DNA of 64,000 nt from Clostridia bacterium. GTDB lineage: Bacteria > Bacillota > Clostridia > UMGS1883 > UMGS1540. Positions 20,948 to 30,954 of this stretch are shown here, one piece after another. The notes under the pieces were generated by a model. The model did not search any database, was not told where the DNA came from, and saw only the letters and a program-made list of their open reading frames with translations. The translations under genes and the position numbers were made by a program. The stretch covers positions 864 through 64,863 of the forward strand of contig JAZNUV010000040.1 in the NCBI GenBank assembly GCA_045592445.1, given 5' to 3'. The stretch's first letter is position 1. Every line of letters begins with the position of its first letter.

Positions 20948-21631
20948 TTATGATATTGAATCTATAATTTTGCGTGGCATAAAATGCAGATAATCAGCGG
21001 AAACTAATATATCACGGTCACTTTGTGGAAACTTGTCCCATGCAGATTTCCCATGTAAATGTCCAAATACACAATACGTCACGTCATATGTAGAAAGTAT
21101 ATCTGTAAAACCAACGTCCGGCGGATAATGCATCATAACAATACGTCGGTCCGAAAGTAAAGCGCCGGCTTTAAGGGATAATTCAAGACGTATCATCTCA
21201 CGCTCATATATTTTTTTATCCGCTTCAGAAAAACCTTGTTCAAATGGCGAACGCCATCCTCGACAAGCTGAAATTGCATATCCGTCCGCTAAAACGCTAT
21301 CATTATGTAAAAAAGTAATTGAATCCAGGTTATTTTCGTCCAAAAAAAGTTTCAATTTATTGGATGTTGTCCACCAATAATCGTGATTACCCTTAGAAAT
21401 AATCTTCTTACCTGGCAAACTTTGAATAAAACGAAAATCCGGCAATGCTTCTGCAAGATATGTTGCCCATGAAACATCACCGCAAATCAAAACCGTATCA
21501 GATTCCTGTACCGTTTTGTGCCAATTTTCCTGTATACGTTCTACATAATTTTCCCAACCCAAACCAAAGATGTCCATTGGTTTATGAATGCCGATTGGTA
21601 AATGTAAATCAGACATGGCAAAGATAGCCAT
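20948..21631 (-). CDS. metallophosphoesterase (calcineurin-like phosphoesterase)
   Basis: MAIFAMSDLHLP...GDVSWA...GNHDYWW...HYPP...GHLHG metal-binding motifs. The track's 5' extension is discarded; ATG 21631 has a GAGGGAG RBS, and the extension overlaps the convergent DUF1540 gene. Confidence 0.8.
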   Translation of the reverse strand: MAIFAMSDLHLPIGIHKPMDIFGLGWENYVERIQENWHKTVQESDTVLICGDVSWATYLAEALPDFRFIQSLPGKKIISKGNHDYWWTTSNKLKLFLDENNLDSITFLHNDSVLADGYAISACRGWRSPFEQGFSEADKKIYEREMIRLELSLKAGALLSDRRIVMMHYPPDVGFTDILSTYDVTYCVFGHLHGKSAWDKFPQSDRDILVSADYLHFMPRKIIDSIS

Positions 21632-21713
21632 ATGCAAATCTCCCTCAGAATATTTTTGCCGTTTTGCGCACATGCTATGATCGGACAGAATCAAAATAAA
21701 TGGAGGTATAAAA

Positions 21714-21905
21714 ATGAATAAGCAACAAAACGGTAATACTTTAGACAATGTCAAATGTGTTGTTGACAGCTGCTGTTTCAACACCTGTAACGGCGAATGT
21801 ACTGCAAATGCAATTGAAGTTAAGCCCCGCGGTGTATTCGGTGAAACAGGTACAGACTGCGCAACCTATATTAAACGCGAAGATAGCAAGGGATGTAGTC
21901 AGTAG
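21714..21905 (+). CDS. DUF1540-like small cysteine-rich protein
   Basis: 63 aa; strong GGAGGT RBS 7 nt upstream; two copies of the C-x-V-x-x-C...C-x-A motif (CVVDSCCFNTCNGECTANAIEV) typical of DUF1540 proteins from endospore formers. Confidence 0.6.
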   Translation: MNKQQNGNTLDNVKCVVDSCCFNTCNGECTANAIEVKPRGVFGETGTDCATYIKREDSKGCSQ

Positions 21906-21915
21906 CAAGTGGGCG

Positions 21916-21946
21916 CCCGAGATATATTTACTTCTCGGGCGGCAAC
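21916..21946. terminator. hairpin between DUF1540 gene and convergent thrC
   Basis: CGCCCGAG / CTCGGGCG 8-bp GC-rich stem with a 12-nt loop. Confidence 0.4.
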
Positions 21947-21953
21947 ATTACAT

Positions 21954-23435
21954 TTATAATGCAAGTAAAGATTGAATCATATCGCGCATGGCCGACGGCG
22001 CACAAGCATCGCTAAATCTTTCATTCTTTGTTTGCAATGCAGATAAGGATGCAGGAATCGGCATTCCGCTTTTTTCTTGTATTGCATCAAGTACAGCAAA
22101 ATCATCATCAATATCATTGCATCCAATCGCGTTTAATACGCTTTTCCCGAATTTATACGGACTCGCTGTAGATGCAAGAATTGTTTTTCTGTCATCACCT
22201 GTTTCCTTTACATATTCTTCATATACATAAAGGGCAACTGCTGTATGCGGGTCTGCCACATATCCATACTTATCAAAAGTTTTTTGGATTGTCTTTGTTG
22301 TAATAGCATCATCACAACTTCCCGCCCATAGTATTTCCTGCATTTTGGAGAGCGTTTCATGATCAACAGAATACTGCCCTTCCGTCGATAGCCTTTGCAT
22401 ATAGTCCTTAATTTTATCTGTATCTTTTCCGGTAATATCATACAAAAAGCGTTCCAAATTGCTGGAAATCAAAATATCCATAGACGGCGAAATCGTAGTT
22501 TTAAAACTTCTGTTTCGGTTATATACACCCGTACGGATAAAATCGCAAAGAACATCATTTGCATTCGAAGCACAAATAAGCTTACCAATTGGCACGCCGA
22601 GCTTGCCTGCATAATAGGCGGCTAAGATATTACCAAAATTACCCGTTGGAACAACAATGTTAATTTCTTCATTCGGCGAAATATCACCATTGTCAACCAT
22701 CGTTGCCCAAGAGGACATATAATATACAATTTGTGGAACCAACCGACCCCAATTGATTGAATTTGCAGAGGAAAGCACAATCCCATTTTCTTTCAGAAAT
22801 GCATTATATGCATCATCTGTAAAAATAGATTTTACTCCGTTTTGTGCGTCATCAAAATTACCATCAACTGCGCACACCCCAACATTTTCGCCTTCTTGCG
22901 TAACCATTTGAAGCCGTTGCATTCGGCTTACACCGTCGCGAGGGAAAAAGACCAATATGCGTGTTCCCGGAACATCTTTAAACCCTTCCAAAGCGGCTTT
23001 ACCTGTATCACCACTGGTGGCAACTAAAATCGTGACCTCCTCACGGATGCCGTTTTTTTTCATTGCCGTTGTCAAAAAATGCGGTAAGATTTGTAATGCC
23101 ATATCTTTGAAAGCGCATGTCGGGCCATGAAACAGTTCCAAAATATGCAACGAATCATTTAATTTACGAAGCGGCGCAATTTTATCAGATGAAAACTTTT
23201 CTGCTTTGTATGCGCGGGATACGCAGGTATCGATTTCCGCATCAGAAAAGTCCGATAAAAATGCAGACAGAATAATTTTTGCACGCTCCTGATATGTTCG
23301 ATTCGAAAGTGCATCAAACCCTATTTTTTTCGGAAAATACTCCGGTACATATAAACCACCATTTGGGGCAAGTCCTTTTACGATTGCTGTCGCAGCCGAA
23401 ACCATATCCCCGCCACGTGTGCTCTGATAATTCAT
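21954..23435 (-). CDS. thrC: threonine synthase (long form)
   Basis: MNYQSTRGG N-terminus, PLP-lysine region FHGPTCAFKD, 493 aa. Confidence 0.9.
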   Translation of the reverse strand: MNYQSTRGGDMVSAATAIVKGLAPNGGLYVPEYFPKKIGFDALSNRTYQERAKIILSAFLSDFSDAEIDTCVSRAYKAEKFSSDKIAPLRKLNDSLHILELFHGPTCAFKDMALQILPHFLTTAMKKNGIREEVTILVATSGDTGKAALEGFKDVPGTRILVFFPRDGVSRMQRLQMVTQEGENVGVCAVDGNFDDAQNGVKSIFTDDAYNAFLKENGIVLSSANSINWGRLVPQIVYYMSSWATMVDNGDISPNEEINIVVPTGNFGNILAAYYAGKLGVPIGKLICASNANDVLCDFIRTGVYNRNRSFKTTISPSMDILISSNLERFLYDITGKDTDKIKDYMQRLSTEGQYSVDHETLSKMQEILWAGSCDDAITTKTIQKTFDKYGYVADPHTAVALYVYEEYVKETGDDRKTILASTASPYKFGKSVLNAIGCNDIDDDFAVLDAIQEKSGMPIPASLSALQTKNERFSDACAPSAMRDMIQSLLAL

Positions 23436-23460
23436 AGTTTATTCCTTTCGCGGTAGAAAC

Positions 23461-23868
23461 TTATGCGTATGCCTTTACCTTGTCACTGACATTTGCAGGA
23501 TTTATGCTGATTGTAATCGCCATTTGGATATTAAATTTATCACAAAGTGCGTTTGCTTTATCTAAAAATTCTTCCATCTCCGCCGCATCACCATCAACAA
23601 TCTTCAAAAGACTGTCAACAAAAATATAGGACACGTCGTAATTTTGTGCAACTATGCCGCACAAAAGTCCATAAAAAGCGTCATAAGTATTCAATCCAAA
23701 CTCTGCCGTGTCAACAAGGCGAATTTTATGGCTTATGTCAAAAATATGACGATTTCCGTTGTTAATAAAAACAATAGAACCCTTTTCGCTATTCACCGCC
23801 TCATGCACACTATCAAGCAATGCCTTTGTCTTTCCTGTTCCTTTTTCACCGAGAATAACTCTTATCAT
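23461..23868 (-). CDS. uncharacterized 135-aa P-loop NTPase-like protein
   Basis: Walker A GEKGTGKT at residues 7-14; Walker-B-like YIFVDS near residue 85; AGGTGGAG RBS; 25-bp and 62-bp gaps to thrC and pgi. Confidence 0.55.
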   Translation of the reverse strand: MIRVILGEKGTGKTKALLDSVHEAVNSEKGSIVFINNGNRHIFDISHKIRLVDTAEFGLNTYDAFYGLLCGIVAQNYDVSYIFVDSLLKIVDGDAAEMEEFLDKANALCDKFNIQMAITISINPANVSDKVKAYA

Positions 23869-23930
23869 TTCGTCTCCACCTTTCGTCTTTTTATTGGCTG
23901 CAAAGCGCCATATTTATGTTACACTTCGTC

Positions 23931-25313
23931 TTATATAAGACGCTGTTGCAACGCATCGCGTTCTTTTTCGTAACCCGGTTTTCCTAAAAGAGCAAACATA
24001 TTTTTCTTGTATGCTTCAACGCCGGGTTGGTTGAAGGGATTTACACCTAGTATATATCCGCTTATACCGCACGCCTTTTCGAAGAAATATACGAGATGTC
24101 CAAAGTGATAGGCATCCGCCTTCTCTATTTCGATAACGATATTCGGAACACCACCGTCATTGTGTGCAAGTAATGTACCTAAAAATGCTTGTTTGTTCAC
24201 ATAATCAACACTCTTTCCGGCTAAAAACTGCAAACCGTCAAGCGACCCTTCTTGCGAAGGAATGATGACATCGTTTGTTGGATTTTTAATATGCAGAACC
24301 GTTTCAAAAATATTTCTTAAACCGTCCTGTATATATTGTCCCATTGAATGTAAATCTGTTGAAAAGTCTGCAGATGCAGGGAAAATACCTTTTTGATCTT
24401 TTCCTTCGCTTTCGCCAAAAAGTTGTTTCCACCATTCGGAAATAAAATGCATTTTCGGCTCATAATTTACAAGGATTTCAGTTGTTTTCCCTTTTCTGTA
24501 CAAAGCATTTCTTAAAATAGCGTATTGATAGCAATCATTTTTTTCTATGTTTGTATCGGAAAAAGCATGCATGGCGTCCAAAGCCCCTTGCATAATTTCC
24601 GAAATATCAATTCCTGCAGCTGCGATCGGCAAAAGACCGACAGGTGTAAGAACAGAATATCTGCCTCCAATATCATCCGGTATCACAAATCTTGTATACC
24701 CCTCAGATAAAGCCATTTGATAAAGTGCGCCCCGCGCTTTATCCGTTGTGACAAAAATACGTTCACGTGCACCGTCTTTGCCATACTTATTTTCTAAAAG
24801 CTCTTTAAAAAGACGAAATGCAATTGCAGGTTCTGTAGTCGTGCCCGACTTAGAAATAACGTTAACTGCACAAGATGCATTTTCGCAAAGTTCAAGTAAA
24901 TCATTTAAGTATTGAGAGCTGATACTGTTCCCCGCAAAATAGACTTTAACACCTTTTCTTTTATCAGCGGATAAAGCATTATGGAAGGAATTAGTCAGCA
25001 TATCAATTGCTGCCTTTGCACCCAAATAAGATCCACCAATCCCAATGACAATTAAAACATCTGCTGTCTGCTTTATTTTGTTTGCCGCATCTAAAATTCG
25101 TGCAAATTCTTCTTTGTCGTATTCCTGTGGCCAATCCACCCATCCTGTAAAATCATTTCCAAGCCCTGATTTTTCATGCAACATTCTATGCGCCGAAAGT
25201 GCCTGCTCATATAGTGCAGTTATTTCATCAGCGTTTACAAACCCTTTTGTATAATTGCAAGATAATTTCGTCAATTTTATCCCTCCTAAAGTTGTTTCAA
25301 AACACATACACAA
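23931..25313 (-). CDS. pgi: glucose-6-phosphate isomerase
   Basis: PGI family motifs ([19 protein letters not shown]-like, [11 protein letters not shown]). The true start is probably a few codons inside the track ORF, which overlaps the ispF stop. Confidence 0.9.
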   Translation of the reverse strand: MCMCFETTLGGIKLTKLSCNYTKGFVNADEITALYEQALSAHRMLHEKSGLGNDFTGWVDWPQEYDKEEFARILDAANKIKQTADVLIVIGIGGSYLGAKAAIDMLTNSFHNALSADKRKGVKVYFAGNSISSQYLNDLLELCENASCAVNVISKSGTTTEPAIAFRLFKELLENKYGKDGARERIFVTTDKARGALYQMALSEGYTRFVIPDDIGGRYSVLTPVGLLPIAAAGIDISEIMQGALDAMHAFSDTNIEKNDCYQYAILRNALYRKGKTTEILVNYEPKMHFISEWWKQLFGESEGKDQKGIFPASADFSTDLHSMGQYIQDGLRNIFETVLHIKNPTNDVIIPSQEGSLDGLQFLAGKSVDYVNKQAFLGTLLAHNDGGVPNIVIEIEKADAYHFGHLVYFFEKACGISGYILGVNPFNQPGVEAYKKNMFALLGKPGYEKERDALQQRLI

Positions 25314-25762
25314 GTTGCTGAGATTCCTTCTTCTCTGCCTTCAAACCCCATCCCTTCTGTTGTGGTTGCTTTAATGCTAACTCTATCCATATCAATCTGC
25401 AGAATATTCGAAATTTCACTCCGCATCGAATCAATAAATGTACTTAATCTTGGTTTTTGTGCAGTTACGGTTGCATCAATATTTCCAATTGCATACCCTT
25501 TTTCTGCTATAAGATTTCCGACATACTCCAACAAAAATGTACTTCGTATATCCTTGTATTTCATATCAGTGGGCGGAAAGATTTTTCCAATATCCCCAAG
25601 CGCCGCTGCACCGAGAAGTGCATCCATGATTGCATGTAACAAAACATCTGCATCGGAATGCCCCAAAAGCCCTTTATCATATGGTACTTTTATACCGCCA
25701 AGGTAAAGAGCACGTCCTTTTTCAAAGCGATGTGCATCATACCCGTATCCAATCCGTATCAT
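25286..25762 (-). CDS. ispF: 2-C-methyl-D-erythritol 2,4-cyclodiphosphate synthase
   Basis: [10 protein letters not shown]...[12 protein letters not shown] signature. Confidence 0.95.
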   Translation of the reverse strand: MIRIGYGYDAHRFEKGRALYLGGIKVPYDKGLLGHSDADVLLHAIMDALLGAAALGDIGKIFPPTDMKYKDIRSTFLLEYVGNLIAEKGYAIGNIDATVTAQKPRLSTFIDSMRSEISNILQIDMDRVSIKATTTEGMGFEGREEGISATCVCVLKQL

Positions 25763-26460
25763 AGTTTATGTTTCCTTTTATATAATACTGTTTCTGCTAT
25801 TGTTAAATCAAGCGGTGTTGTGATTTTTATATTCTCGTAGCTTCCCATTTCAATTGCCACAGGGATTCCTGCATATTCCAATGCTGATGCATCATCTGTC
25901 AATTCCATATTTCCATTTCCCAGTGCATCTGTTAGTAAATCAGATTGAAACACCTGTGGTGTTTGTGCACACCATAAAGCACTTCGCTCAAGCGTTTTTT
26001 CAATTTGCATGTTATGCGCAACTTTAATGGTATCAACAGCCGGGACTGCAGCAATGGCCGCACCCGTTTCGAAAGCTTTATGAATTGTGCGTACCAAAAT
26101 ATCTTCTGTCAACAGGGCTCTTGCCGCGTCATGCACAACAATAAAATCGGCATTTTGCGCCTCTTGAACGCCTATACAAACTGATTCTGCACGCGTGCTT
26201 CCACCGCGAACAATGCTTTGGACCTTGCTATATCCTTCAAGCTTTACAATTTCATTCAAGGAAAAAATGTCTTTTTCGCTTGCTACTAAGATAACACGGT
26301 GCACAAGTGGACAATGTTCAAAGACATCTAATGTAAAGGCTAATATTGGACGCCCCATGATTTCCAGCAGAATCTTATTGGTATTTGCGCCCATGCGGCT
26401 TCCGCTACCTGCAGCAGGGATAACCGCAACAACTCTTTGTTCCATTTGATTTTTCCGCAT
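25759..26460 (-). CDS. ispD: 2-C-methyl-D-erythritol 4-phosphate cytidylyltransferase
   Basis: VIPAAGSGSRMG nucleotide-binding motif; 4-nt overlap with ispF. Confidence 0.9.
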   Translation of the reverse strand: MRKNQMEQRVVAVIPAAGSGSRMGANTNKILLEIMGRPILAFTLDVFEHCPLVHRVILVASEKDIFSLNEIVKLEGYSKVQSIVRGGSTRAESVCIGVQEAQNADFIVVHDAARALLTEDILVRTIHKAFETGAAIAAVPAVDTIKVAHNMQIEKTLERSALWCAQTPQVFQSDLLTDALGNGNMELTDDASALEYAGIPVAIEMGSYENIKITTPLDLTIAETVLYKRKHKL

Positions 26461-26493
26461 GCTGAAACTGTATCAGTCAGCACATCTCCTTTA

Positions 26494-26973
26494 TTATTGT
26501 TGAAATGCGGCATCAAACATGGTTTCAATTTCTTCCTGCGATATATTCTTAGCAAGAACAAGCTCACTGATTAAGATTTGTTTCGCACTGGAAAGCATTT
26601 TTTTCTCGCCTGTAGAAAGGCCTTTCGCCCGATCCCTTGTCATCAGCATTTTAACTACTCGGGCAACTTCGTAAATGTCTCCACCCTTAATCTTGACCAT
26701 ATTTTCGCGATAGCGTTTATTCCAACTCAAATCACAATCTATATTGATTGCAGAAAACTCTTCCAAAACCTTGTCAGCCTCGTGTACATCAATTACATTT
26801 CGAATGCCAATCTTTTCAGCATTGAGCATCGGAATCATTACCTTCATATCGCCCATCGGCATCTTCATAACATAATATTTATTTATGACGCCCTGGAATT
26901 CCTGTTCCTCAATCGCCTCGATAATTCCCGCACCGTACATGGGGTAAACCACCTTGTCGCCGATGCTATACAT
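26494..26973 (-). CDS. carD: CarD/CdnL family transcriptional regulator
   Basis: IGDKVVYPMYGAGIIEAIEE RNAP-interacting domain. Track M1 is TTG; an ATG two to three codons inside the track ORF (near 26973-26976) is preferred, with an AGGAGG RBS. Confidence 0.85.
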   Translation of the reverse strand: MYSIGDKVVYPMYGAGIIEAIEEQEFQGVINKYYVMKMPMGDMKVMIPMLNAEKIGIRNVIDVHEADKVLEEFSAINIDCDLSWNKRYRENMVKIKGGDIYEVARVVKMLMTRDRAKGLSTGEKKMLSSAKQILISELVLAKNISQEEIETMFDAAFQQ

Positions 26974-27043
26974 ATATCTCAACGCCTCCTGCCCAGTCTT
27001 TCGACTTTCTATATTTGTATTATACTACATTTTGCTAATTTTG

Positions 27044-27721
27044 TCAAGTAAGATTTGGTATCTGCCAATCAATCGGACTTTGTACCTGCTCGATTAAAAA
27101 TGTATTCGTTTTTTGAAAATGTCCGCATCCGAAAAATCCATTATAAGCAGACAAAGGACTTGGATGCGGTGCTGTCAGACATAAATGACGCGTTCTGTCA
27201 ACACGCTCAGCTTTTTCTCGCGCATTTGCGCCCCACAAAAGAAAAACAATGGGTTTTTCTCGTTCGTTTAGGGCATCAATCACTGCATCTGTAAACTGTT
27301 CCCAGCCCTTCTTACGATGCGAATTTGCCATGCCTGCCCTTACGGTGAGCACAGTATTCAATAGTAACACGCCCTGCTCTGCCCACGGCATTAAGCAGCC
27401 GTTATTTGGGATAAAGCCACCTGTTTCCTCTGCAATTTCTTTAAAAATATTTATCAATGATGGAGGTATTTCGACATCCTTGTGCACTGAAAAGCACAGT
27501 CCGTTTGCCTGATTGGGGCCATGATACGGATCTTGCCCTAAAATCACAACTTTAACTGCATGATACGGCGTAGCCTTCAGCGCAGCAAATATATTATACA
27601 TATCCGGATATACCGTATGTGACACATATTCTTCTTTTAAAAAATTGCGAAGATTCGTATAGTACGGTTTGCAAAATTCTCCGCCAATAATTGCATCCCA
27701 ATCATTCCCGATTTTAGGCAC
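27044..27721 (-). CDS. ung: uracil-DNA glycosylase
   Basis: VVILGQDPYHGPNQANGLCFSV catalytic motif and HPSPLS motif. Confidence 0.95.
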   Translation of the reverse strand: MPKIGNDWDAIIGGEFCKPYYTNLRNFLKEEYVSHTVYPDMYNIFAALKATPYHAVKVVILGQDPYHGPNQANGLCFSVHKDVEIPPSLINIFKEIAEETGGFIPNNGCLMPWAEQGVLLLNTVLTVRAGMANSHRKKGWEQFTDAVIDALNEREKPIVFLLWGANAREKAERVDRTRHLCLTAPHPSPLSAYNGFFGCGHFQKTNTFLIEQVQSPIDWQIPNLT

Positions 27722-27739
27722 TTGGCCACCTTCTTTACA

Positions 27740-28393
27740 TTATGAAATAAGCTTTAAGATATCTTCAGGCTTCTCTGCAATAAAATCAGCACCTGCTTCT
27801 TCCAATTCTTTTCGGTCACGAAATCCCCACAAAACGCCGATTGTATAAAAGCCTGCATTTTTACCTGTTTCCATATCTACTGCCGTATCCCCGACATACA
27901 GGCATGCGGAAGGGCTACATTCCAGTTCTTTTGCAATACCAAGTGCTGCCTGCGGATTCGGCTTTATTGGCACGCCTTCACGCGCGCCATAGCATACAGA
28001 AAATCTATCTTCAAAAAAAGCCTGAATAATTGGCGCTGTTGCTTCGTGTGGTTTATTTGACAAAACAGCCATACGCATATTCTTTTCCAAAAGCGAATCC
28101 AAAAGAGGCAAAATGCCGTCGTAGTATGTTGTTTTATAGGTTTTATCTGCATTATATAGTTTTATGTAGTGCTCATACATGGCTTGAAATCGTATCGGAT
28201 CCATCGCATCTCGGCCACGCAGCATAGATTCTACCAGGTTTTTAGCACCTTTGCCAACCATATGTTTATATTCATTCTTTTCGTATGGCAAAAATCCATA
28301 TGCCCGAAGCGTTTCATTACAATAGTACGAAAGTGTTTCCAGTGTATCCAAAAGTGTTCCGTCTAAATCAAAAATAATGCCTTGAAATCGCAT
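27740..28393 (-). CDS. HAD-superfamily hydrolase (phosphoglycolate-phosphatase-like)
   Basis: IIFDLDGTLLDT motif I and later HAD motifs. Confidence 0.8.
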   Translation of the reverse strand: MRFQGIIFDLDGTLLDTLETLSYYCNETLRAYGFLPYEKNEYKHMVGKGAKNLVESMLRGRDAMDPIRFQAMYEHYIKLYNADKTYKTTYYDGILPLLDSLLEKNMRMAVLSNKPHEATAPIIQAFFEDRFSVCYGAREGVPIKPNPQAALGIAKELECSPSACLYVGDTAVDMETGKNAGFYTIGVLWGFRDRKELEEAGADFIAEKPEDILKLIS

Positions 28394-28395
28394 TT

Positions 28396-29112
28396 TTATA
28401 TCTCCGTTTCGTATAAAATGTTCCCTGCTGTAACAAGTGCTGCCGTTTCTGTTCGCAAAATGCGACGACCAAGCGTTACTGCATGTATATTGTTTTTGGC
28501 GGCAATTTCAATTTCATAAGTTGAAAAACCACCTTCCGGCCCAATTATTACCGAAACATTTTTCGGCCTTTTCCCGCTTAATATACTTTTTAGGCTAACT
28601 TCCTTTTCACATTCATAGGGTATGATAGAAAGGTCAGCAGTCTTTGCCGCTTTTACAGCCTCAGCAAAAGAAATTGTCTCTCCCACCTTCGGCACAATGC
28701 CACGTCCTGCTTGTTTCGCCGCCTCGAGTGCAATACGTGAAAGCCGCTCCGTCTTCACTTCTCCTTTTGCAACGACGCGTTCCGTTTCTACAGGAATAAT
28801 ACGACAGACACCCACTTCTACGCACTTTTGCACAATATAATCCATCTTTGCACCCTTCGGTATGCCTTGATATACAGAGATTTTACATTCAGGCTCACAT
28901 ATATTTTGATTTTTTTCAATAATATGAGCCATAACTCGTGTTTTCTCAATTGTTTTTATACTGCACTCATAGTCATGCGCTGTACCGTCACACACTGTTA
29001 TTGTATCCCCTTGCCTCATACGAAGCACACGGCTTATATGTAAAACGTCTTCACCTTCTATGCATACAGTATCCCCAATTATCCGATCTGACGATACAAA
29101 AAAACGTGCCAT
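28396..29112 (-). CDS. rsmE: 16S rRNA (uracil1498-N3)-methyltransferase
   Basis: MARFFV N-terminus with PUA-like domain and SPOUT C-terminus; prmA-rsmE adjacency. Confidence 0.85.
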   Translation of the reverse strand: MARFFVSSDRIIGDTVCIEGEDVLHISRVLRMRQGDTITVCDGTAHDYECSIKTIEKTRVMAHIIEKNQNICEPECKISVYQGIPKGAKMDYIVQKCVEVGVCRIIPVETERVVAKGEVKTERLSRIALEAAKQAGRGIVPKVGETISFAEAVKAAKTADLSIIPYECEKEVSLKSILSGKRPKNVSVIIGPEGGFSTYEIEIAAKNNIHAVTLGRRILRTETAALVTAGNILYETEI

Positions 29113-29114
29113 TT

Positions 29115-30068
29115 TTATTCCTTCCCAGACAAGATAGCCCACCATTCGCCGTCTTGTTCTTTTGCATGAATTTTGAACCCGTTTGCTTTTAAGGCTGCCA
29201 CAACATCATCTACCCTATCATTGATAATACCCGAGCATAGAAATAAACCATCCGGTAATAAATACGCCCCAACCTTTTCTGAGAGTGGTATGATTACATC
29301 TGCAACGATATTGGCAACCACAACATCAAATTTTTGATTTGTTACCGCAGATTCCAACACATTCCCACAAAGCACAGTATATCTATCTTTTGATATGCCG
29401 TTTAATTCTGCATTTTCCATGGCAATTCTTGGCGCTGCATGATCAATATCAACAGCAAGTGCCTTTTCCGCGCCGAGCATCAGCGATAAGATAGATAAAA
29501 TACCGCTGCCACACCCTACATCAAAAACAGTCTGACTTGGTTTTATTATTTTTTCAAGCATAGTCATGCAAAGACGCGTTGTATTGTGGCTTCCTGTTCC
29601 AAATAACATACCTGGATTGATGCGAAGTGTTATATCTCCTCCAGAAAAATCCTCCCATGCCGGAACAACTGTAATCCGTTCTCCGATACGGAAAGGTTTA
29701 TAATACTGTTTCCACGCTTCAAACCAATCATTTTCGCCAATGTTTTCAATTTGGATTTCTAAGCTGCCTACTGAATCATCTTCCTGTCGAAGCCGCGCCG
29801 CATTCTCTTTTAAAAGCAGCAGTGTATCTCGCCCGTTTTCGTCATCCCGTACATATACACTGACTCTTGTCGGGGCCTTCTTTTCTTCACGAAGTGTTTC
29901 ATCAACATAATCCCAATACTGCGTGTTGTTCAAAAGAAATTGTTCAAAATCACTTTCATCGGCAATCTCTGCGCCCTCAATCCCCATAGAGAGCAACATG
30001 CCATAAAGAGGTTCAATACCCTCTGTTTTTGTAAATATATTTATTTTTAACCACGTATCTCCGCTCAT
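29115..30068 (-). CDS. prmA: ribosomal protein L11 methyltransferase
   Basis: PrmA pattern with SAM-binding motif VFDVGCGSGILSI. Confidence 0.9.
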   Translation of the reverse strand: MSGDTWLKINIFTKTEGIEPLYGMLLSMGIEGAEIADESDFEQFLLNNTQYWDYVDETLREEKKAPTRVSVYVRDDENGRDTLLLLKENAARLRQEDDSVGSLEIQIENIGENDWFEAWKQYYKPFRIGERITVVPAWEDFSGGDITLRINPGMLFGTGSHNTTRLCMTMLEKIIKPSQTVFDVGCGSGILSILSLMLGAEKALAVDIDHAAPRIAMENAELNGISKDRYTVLCGNVLESAVTNQKFDVVVANIVADVIIPLSEKVGAYLLPDGLFLCSGIINDRVDDVVAALKANGFKIHAKEQDGEWWAILSGKE

Positions 30069-30379
30069 AATGCCTCCAACTTGCTCCGCAATGTCGCTTC
30101 CTGTATAGCACCTATGAATCTGTCTTTCTCCATGCCATCAACAAAAATCATAAACGTCGGAATACTGATTATGCCAAAGCCGGCAGCCAGTGCACCATCA
30201 TTATCCGTATTTACTTTGTAAACATCAACGCGACCGTCAAACTCTGCTGCTAATTTTTCTACAATCGGCAACATCATTTTGCAAGGGCCACACCAATCTG
30301 CATAAAAATCTACAAGTACCGGGTTCTTTGCCTTCAGGACTTTTTCCTCAAAATTTGTAGCTGTAATAATTTCTGCCAT
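30065..30379 (-). CDS. trxA: thioredoxin
   Basis: 104 aa with WCGPCK active site. Confidence 0.95.
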   Translation of the reverse strand: MAEIITATNFEEKVLKAKNPVLVDFYADWCGPCKMMLPIVEKLAAEFDGRVDVYKVNTDNDGALAAGFGIISIPTFMIFVDGMEKDRFIGAIQEATLRSKLEAL

Positions 30380-30547
30380 CTATATCGCCTTCCTTTCATA
30401 ATTTATCCTTTACATTCAGCTTATTTTTATACAATTATTATACACTGTTTTCCGTAAAATGTCAATTGAAACAGAATTTATTTTTCTTTTAGATTTTACC
30501 ATTAAACTTTTCTTTTTTTATATTTTTTTATGATTTTTAAAAAAAAC

Positions 30548-30576
30548 TTGTAAAAAACGAAAAAATGTGGTACAAT
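30548..30576 (+). promoter_or_regulatory. sigma-A promoter of secG with extended -10 (TTGTAA-17-TGgTACAAT)
   Basis: -35 TTGTAA 30548..30553; TG 30568..30569; -10 TACAAT 30571..30576; about 30 nt upstream of the RBS GGGAGG. Confidence 0.5.
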
Positions 30577-30609
30577 ACAAATTGAAAATTTGATTGGGAG
30601 GTGTAATAC

Positions 30610-30852
30610 ATGGATTGGAAGCTGGTATGTACAATCGTACATATAATCGTCACAATCGGTTTGATTGTAACGGTTTTATTGCAAGACGGCAAGGATGCCG
30701 GTATGTCAGGCGCCATTGCAGGCAGTAGCTCCGATACATTTTTCGGAAAGAATAAGGGCAGAACATTAAACGGCATGTTGGAAAAGTTAACTTCTATTAT
30801 TGCTGTATTGTTCATTGTTTTATCTGTTGTACTCGCTGTTGTTTTTGACTGA
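30610..30852 (+). CDS. secG: preprotein translocase subunit SecG
   Basis: 80 aa, two TM helices flanking the glycine-rich loop LLQDGKDAGMSGAIAG; GGGAGG RBS. Confidence 0.85.
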   Translation: MDWKLVCTIVHIIVTIGLIVTVLLQDGKDAGMSGAIAGSSSDTFFGKNKGRTLNGMLEKLTSIIAVLFIVLSVVLAVVFD

Positions 30853-30881
30853 TTGTGCTTTCAGATGAAAACGATTGGGGC

Positions 30882-30940
30882 TGTCGCATTAAAGCAGATT
30901 TCTGCATATTAATACGGCAGCCTTGTATTTTAAAGATGAT
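30882..30940 (+). terminator. intrinsic terminator after secG
   Basis: GGCTGTCG...CGGCAGCC stem followed by TTGTATTTT. Confidence 0.45.
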
Positions 30941-30954
30941 AAAGGAGACGGATT

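Noticed and set aside
21632-21784. Fifty-codon 5' extension of the metallophosphoesterase ORF
   Set aside because: It has no RBS and is antisense to the well-supported DUF1540 gene. The phosphoesterase motif begins exactly at the internal ATG.
30380-30609. Possible replication origin at the trxA/secG divergence, where gene orientation flips
   Set aside because: No DnaA-box (TTATCCACA) clusters are present. There is no dnaA/dnaN nearby, and orientation flips back at fba, so this is just a divergent promoter region.
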